Positions 60,847 to 64,000 of a stretch of DNA of 64,000 nt are shown in pieces. The position numbers and the translations under genes are program-made. This DNA comes from an uncultured Acidimicrobiia bacterium. GTDB lineage: Bacteria; Actinomycetota; Acidimicrobiia; Spongiisociales; JAENVV01. Every line of letters starts with the position of its first letter. The first letter of the stretch is position 1. The notes under the pieces are model-generated. The model ran no database searches. It was not told the origin of the DNA and worked only from the letters and a program-made list of their open reading frames with translations. The DNA is taken from the NCBI GenBank assembly GCA_963698385.1, contig CAVOQP010000009.1:42500-106499 (forward strand). The letters are read 5' to 3'.

Positions 60847-61496
60847 GCGTAGTCGAGTCTTGCCGAAACCCCACCGAAGGCGACCACCGACCCGGGTTGG
60901 AGCTTGGTAGCGGTGGACGCGGAGACACCGTTCACCGTGGTCCCATTGCCCGATCCGAGGTCCTTGATCCACAACTCCCCGTCGGACCGCCAGATGAGTG
61001 CATGGCGGCGGCTGACCGTGTCGTGGCCGAGCGTGATGTCCGCCTCGGAGGAGCGACCGACCACAAGCCGATTGTTGGCGAGGGGATACGTTCGTCCGGT
61101 GATCGTCAAGCTCCCCCACGGCGGTCGAGGACCGGGCACATGGGAGGTGGCTATCTCAGGGGAGCCGCTGGCGGCCGAGTCGTGGTGGTTGAGCTTGACT
61201 TCGATCGGCCCCGCGAGCCGCCATCCGCGTTCGGTGGCGGCCTCCTCGAGCGAGGCTGCCATGGCCCGTTCGAGGACCGGGATCGGGAGCGTATCGCCCG
61301 GGATGTCGTCGGGATGGAGGCCAACGGCGAAGTGGTTGGGGGCCACAGGGCCCAGGTGGGTGCTCCGAATGGCCAGCTCTCCTTCGCGGATGAGCCGGGT
61401 GGCAAGGGCGACCGGCTCCAGTGACCCGGGGAAGACCCTTCCGAGGCGATCGACGGCCTGCTCGAGGAACCGTTCCACGCTGCGGGCGACGTTCAT
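60843..61496 (-). CDS. fhaA: FhaA (DUF3662 plus FHA)
   Basis: LEPVALATRLIRE, VAPNHF, VGRS, VSRRHA, DLGSGNGT. Confidence 0.88.
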   Translation of the reverse strand: MNVARSVERFLEQAVDRLGRVFPGSLEPVALATRLIREGELAIRSTHLGPVAPNHFAVGLHPDDIPGDTLPIPVLERAMAASLEEAATERGWRLAGPIEVKLNHHDSAASGSPEIATSHVPGPRPPWGSLTITGRTYPLANNRLVVGRSSEADITLGHDTVSRRHALIWRSDGELWIKDLGSGNGTTVNGVSASTATKLQPGSVVAFGGVSARLDYA

Positions 61497-61600
61497 GTGG
61501 TCAGCTTATTGGACGGGGGATTACAGGACCCGGAGCCCTGCGGGAGGCCCGGGCTCCAGGGAGCTATCAAGGGTCCGACTGCTACGCTGCTGCCTCGCCC

Positions 61601-61685
61601 GGGCGAGTGGCGGAATTGGCAGACGCGCAGGCTTCAGGTGCCTGTGGGCTTTACGCTCGTGGGGGTTCAAGTCCCCCCTCGCCCA
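61601..61685 (+). tRNA. tRNA-Leu(CAG), CCA not encoded
   Basis: GGGCGAG acceptor stem, TGGCGGAATTGG D arm, CAGGC-TTCAGGT-GCCTG anticodon arm, long variable arm, GGGGGTTCAAGTCCCCC T arm; divergent from fhaA as in mycobacteria. Confidence 0.95.
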
Positions 61686-61817
61686 CGGAAGTCGAGCCCC
61701 CTTGTGGGGCTCGGGTTGCGTGTGGGGGTGGCGTTGAACCCCCTTGGCAACGCCAGGGTTTCAAGACGACGAGCGGAGCGAGGAGTGACGAGCACGGCCG
61801 AAGGCCGAGCGCAGGCC

Positions 61818-61835
61818 GTCCCCCCTCGCCCACCA
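61818..61835 (+). repeat. Direct repeat of the tRNA-Leu 3' end, here with CCA
   Basis: GTCCCCCCTCGCCCAC at 61671-61686 and 61818-61833; the second copy continues to CCA. Confidence 0.9.
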
Positions 61836-62017
61836 GTTATCGGACTCCGGTCCATCTTCGGCCCTTGGGGCCATTCCCACCTGATCGCGGGGTTCTCCCG
61901 CGTCCTTCTGACGACCTCGACGAGGTAGCCGACCCGTTGGATTGTCCGCCTGAAGATTCTTCTGGCATTGAGCTGGTCGGGATTGCAGGACCTGGGGACC
62001 TGCTCACGGTCGATGAG

Positions 62018-62622
62018 ATGCAAACCGTATCGACCATCCATGAACGTGAACAGGGCAGGCGCACCGCCGCTGCCCTTGGGCGCTTCGCCACCGACGTGCC
62101 CAGAAACGGCACGGATCCGTCATCAGCCCCGGGCCTCCGGTTCGTCAAGGCGGGTGCCTCTCTGGCCGACGTCTCGTTCCCACGACCCCCGGCCTTCTGT
62201 GTTGTGGATTCGTCGGGCCGCCTGAAGCTACCCGACTCCGAGTCACCTTCTGACGTGCTGGGTTGGGTGCACGGGAGCCTCGAGGTCACGATCGTCGACG
62301 GGTGGGCAACCCTCACCCAACCCGACGACCTCCGCAACGTCAGACGCCGCGGCCGCAACGCCTCGCATGCCGGGTACCGGCCCTCTGGCACACCCATCGG
62401 GTCTGCCTGACCCCCGGCCACCTGCGCGTCCTGGGCGTTGTGCCCAACTCGGTGCTTCTCGCAGCCGCCATTCCCGACTGGGGCGCGCTTGTCCTTGTCA
62501 ACCCGGCGCGCATTGCGGTGCTTGCCCCACCCCACGCACGACGACTGCTGACCCCGGTCGAGTCGAACGTCGTCCACCTGAACCCGAACCGATCCACCTA
62601 TCCGAAGGAGAACCAGAAATGA
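62018..62622 (+). pseudogene. Frameshifted tandem AbrB/MazE-like DNA-binding protein
   Basis: Frame A: FCVVDSSGRLKLP...VLGWVHGSLEV, stop at 62410. Frame B: HRVCLTPGHLRVLGVVPNSVLLAAAIPDWGALVLV to 62622. Junction near 62385-62400. Confidence 0.45.
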
Positions 62623-62720
62623 CCACCGAAACCCCAACCGCCACCATGGACGAGAAAGCCCTCAGGCTTCAGGACCGTGTTTCCGTTAGTCGGGATATCG
62701 CACGCCGCTGCCCCGCGGCG

Positions 62721-63185
62721 CTACGGCTGGGCCGGGCCTCGTTCGAAGATGAGTTGGCCGGTTCCGCCCCACATGACCAGGCGATCCGCTGCGAACCCGG
62801 CACGATGGGCCGACGCCAGCGCGGCCTGGACGGCAACCTCCGCCGCTGGCACATCGCACCCGCCTTCAGTCCAGACGGTGTCCCGCATCCTGAGGGCGCC
62901 TGCGACAAGCCGGATTGTCCCGTTGCCCTCATTGCAGAACCGCGCCGAATAGGCCTTCCCGACCACTCTGAGCTCGACGCGATCGGGTGGTATCGCCACA
63001 TCGGTGCCTTCGAATGAGGCGTCGGTGAGATGCCAGACCCCCTGCACGCTCTCGAGAGATGCTCGTTCGTCGATCGGTACCGACGGTGTCCCACCTCCAA
63101 ACCAGAAGTACCAGCAGATCAGACTCGCGCTGCTGAGCACGGCCAAGACCACGGGCCACTTCTTCGATGGCGCTTGGCCCCTCAT
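62721..63185 (-). CDS. Membrane-anchored META-domain (HslJ-like) protein
   Basis: N-terminal TM; GVWHLTDASFEG, ARFCNEGNG, TVWTEGGC two-Cys META pattern. Confidence 0.6.
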   Translation of the reverse strand: MRGQAPSKKWPVVLAVLSSASLICWYFWFGGGTPSVPIDERASLESVQGVWHLTDASFEGTDVAIPPDRVELRVVGKAYSARFCNEGNGTIRLVAGALRMRDTVWTEGGCDVPAAEVAVQAALASAHRAGFAADRLVMWGGTGQLIFERGPAQP

Positions 63186-63303
63186 ACCCCAACCCCAGTA
63201 GTCCCCTCGCATGGGGAAATGGTATCTCGATCTGCGGGCCGCGCTCGCGAACTGACACGCCCGAACCCACAGCCCGGAGGGTTTCCCGAGGTAGCGTGCT
63301 GGT

Positions 63304-63693
63304 GTGACCAGGGTCCGTTCACGTTCGGCCGGCAGGTGGATCAGCGTCGTCGTTGTCGCCGGGGTGGTGGCTGCGTGTAACCCTCCGGTCGACTGGTCGG
63401 CCAACAGCCCGTTCGAGCTCGAGTGCGAGGACGAAATGCGGGAGTTCGCCACCTACGACTACGTCATCGGACAGCCCCAGCCGCCTTCGCTTGACGCAGC
63501 CCTCGACGAGTGGGAAGCCACGCGGCACCCCAGCGCTGCAGTCCTCGTCCGCGCCAAGTTCGCCGACCAGGTCGCTGCGGGAGTGGCGGCCTATACAGGA
63601 GCCGAGGGGAAGACACGCTTCGTTCTTCGCCTGCAACGAACCGAGGACGGATGGGTGTCGGTCAGTCACGAAGCATGCGCGCCTCCATGGTGA
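63304..63693 (+). CDS. Hypothetical lipoprotein
   Basis: VVVVAGVVAAC lipobox. Confidence 0.55.
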   Translation: MTRVRSRSAGRWISVVVVAGVVAACNPPVDWSANSPFELECEDEMREFATYDYVIGQPQPPSLDAALDEWEATRHPSAAVLVRAKFADQVAAGVAAYTGAEGKTRFVLRLQRTEDGWVSVSHEACAPPW

Positions 63694-63755
63694 CCCCGCT
63701 ACCCGCATCAGACCTGGCCGGCTGCCAGCCAACCATGCCCCAAACATCAGTCCGA

Positions 63756-63992
63756 CTACGGCGTTGCGGCCCGTCGCTTCGAAGCGACCGTGCGCACCAG
63801 CCAACCGACACCGACCGCCACGGCAACCCCCGCTACATAGTTCGCGGCAGCCAAACCACCCGCACCGAGGACGGTCTCGACGAGCGTGACGTCGTCCGGC
63901 CGGGCGATCGGAAGAATCAGTGCGAGCCAAAGCAGCACAACTCCGATTCCCGCCCCGAAGAGGACGCGAAGTCGGTGGCGGGACGTGACCAA
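63756..63992 (-). CDS. Small two-TM membrane protein
   Basis: 78 aa hydrophobic ORF at the window edge; start uncertain. Confidence 0.4.
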   Translation of the reverse strand: MVTSRHRLRVLFGAGIGVVLLWLALILPIARPDDVTLVETVLGAGGLAAANYVAGVAVAVGVGWLVRTVASKRRAATP

Positions 63993-64000
63993 GACGCTGA

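Noticed and set aside
61667-62041. Integrase fragment next to tRNA-Leu
   Set aside because: No R-H-R-H-Y tyrosine recombinase or serine recombinase motifs in any listed frame.
62380-62410. Programmed ribosomal frameshift in the AbrB-like gene
   Set aside because: No X XXY YYZ slippery heptamer at the junction; mutation or sequencing error is simpler.

Overview
High-GC actinobacterial chromosome segment, most consistent with class Acidimicrobiia (inferred from gene content and order), spanning the replication origin. Left arm (minus): gyrA (truncated by the window edge), gyrB, DUF721/DciA, recF, dnaN, oriC, dnaA, with a thrH-like HAD phosphatase inserted on the opposite strand. Right arm: rpmH-rnpA-yidD-yidC-jag, two perfect parS sites, rsmG-parA-parB. 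Then a minus-strand run of GNAT, pseudokinase, ECF sigma, anti-sigma, small membrane protein, trxB, trxA and a CwlM-like gene; a lone pilT; the CCA-adding enzyme; an M1 peptidase; argCJBRGH with ARG boxes but no argD/argF; assorted catabolic and envelope genes; crgA and pabA/trpG. About 11 kb between pabA and pknB holds a class III aminotransferase, purLQSC, an intact YjjI/YjjW glycyl-radical pair, DUF885 and mutY. Then pknB-pbpA-rodA-pstP-fhaB-fhaA, tRNA-Leu(CAG) and a degraded accessory region. Best leads: (1) a DUF885-yjjI-yjjW cassette co-oriented upstream of purC-purS-purQ-purL; (2) a dispersed ~70-bp REP/BIME-like family whose hairpins mostly carry C(GNA)G loops, forming arrays, a MITE-like unit and one copy with a flipped inner hairpin, accompanied by heptamer tandem repeats; (3) a GyrA QRDR reading HPHSND instead of HPHGDS; (4) a duplicated tRNA 3' end beside a frameshifted AbrB-like gene. 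No rRNA, CRISPR-cas, intact transposase or integrase was found. Many start codons were reassigned by eye from the ORF track; all family assignments come from motif recognition, not database searches.
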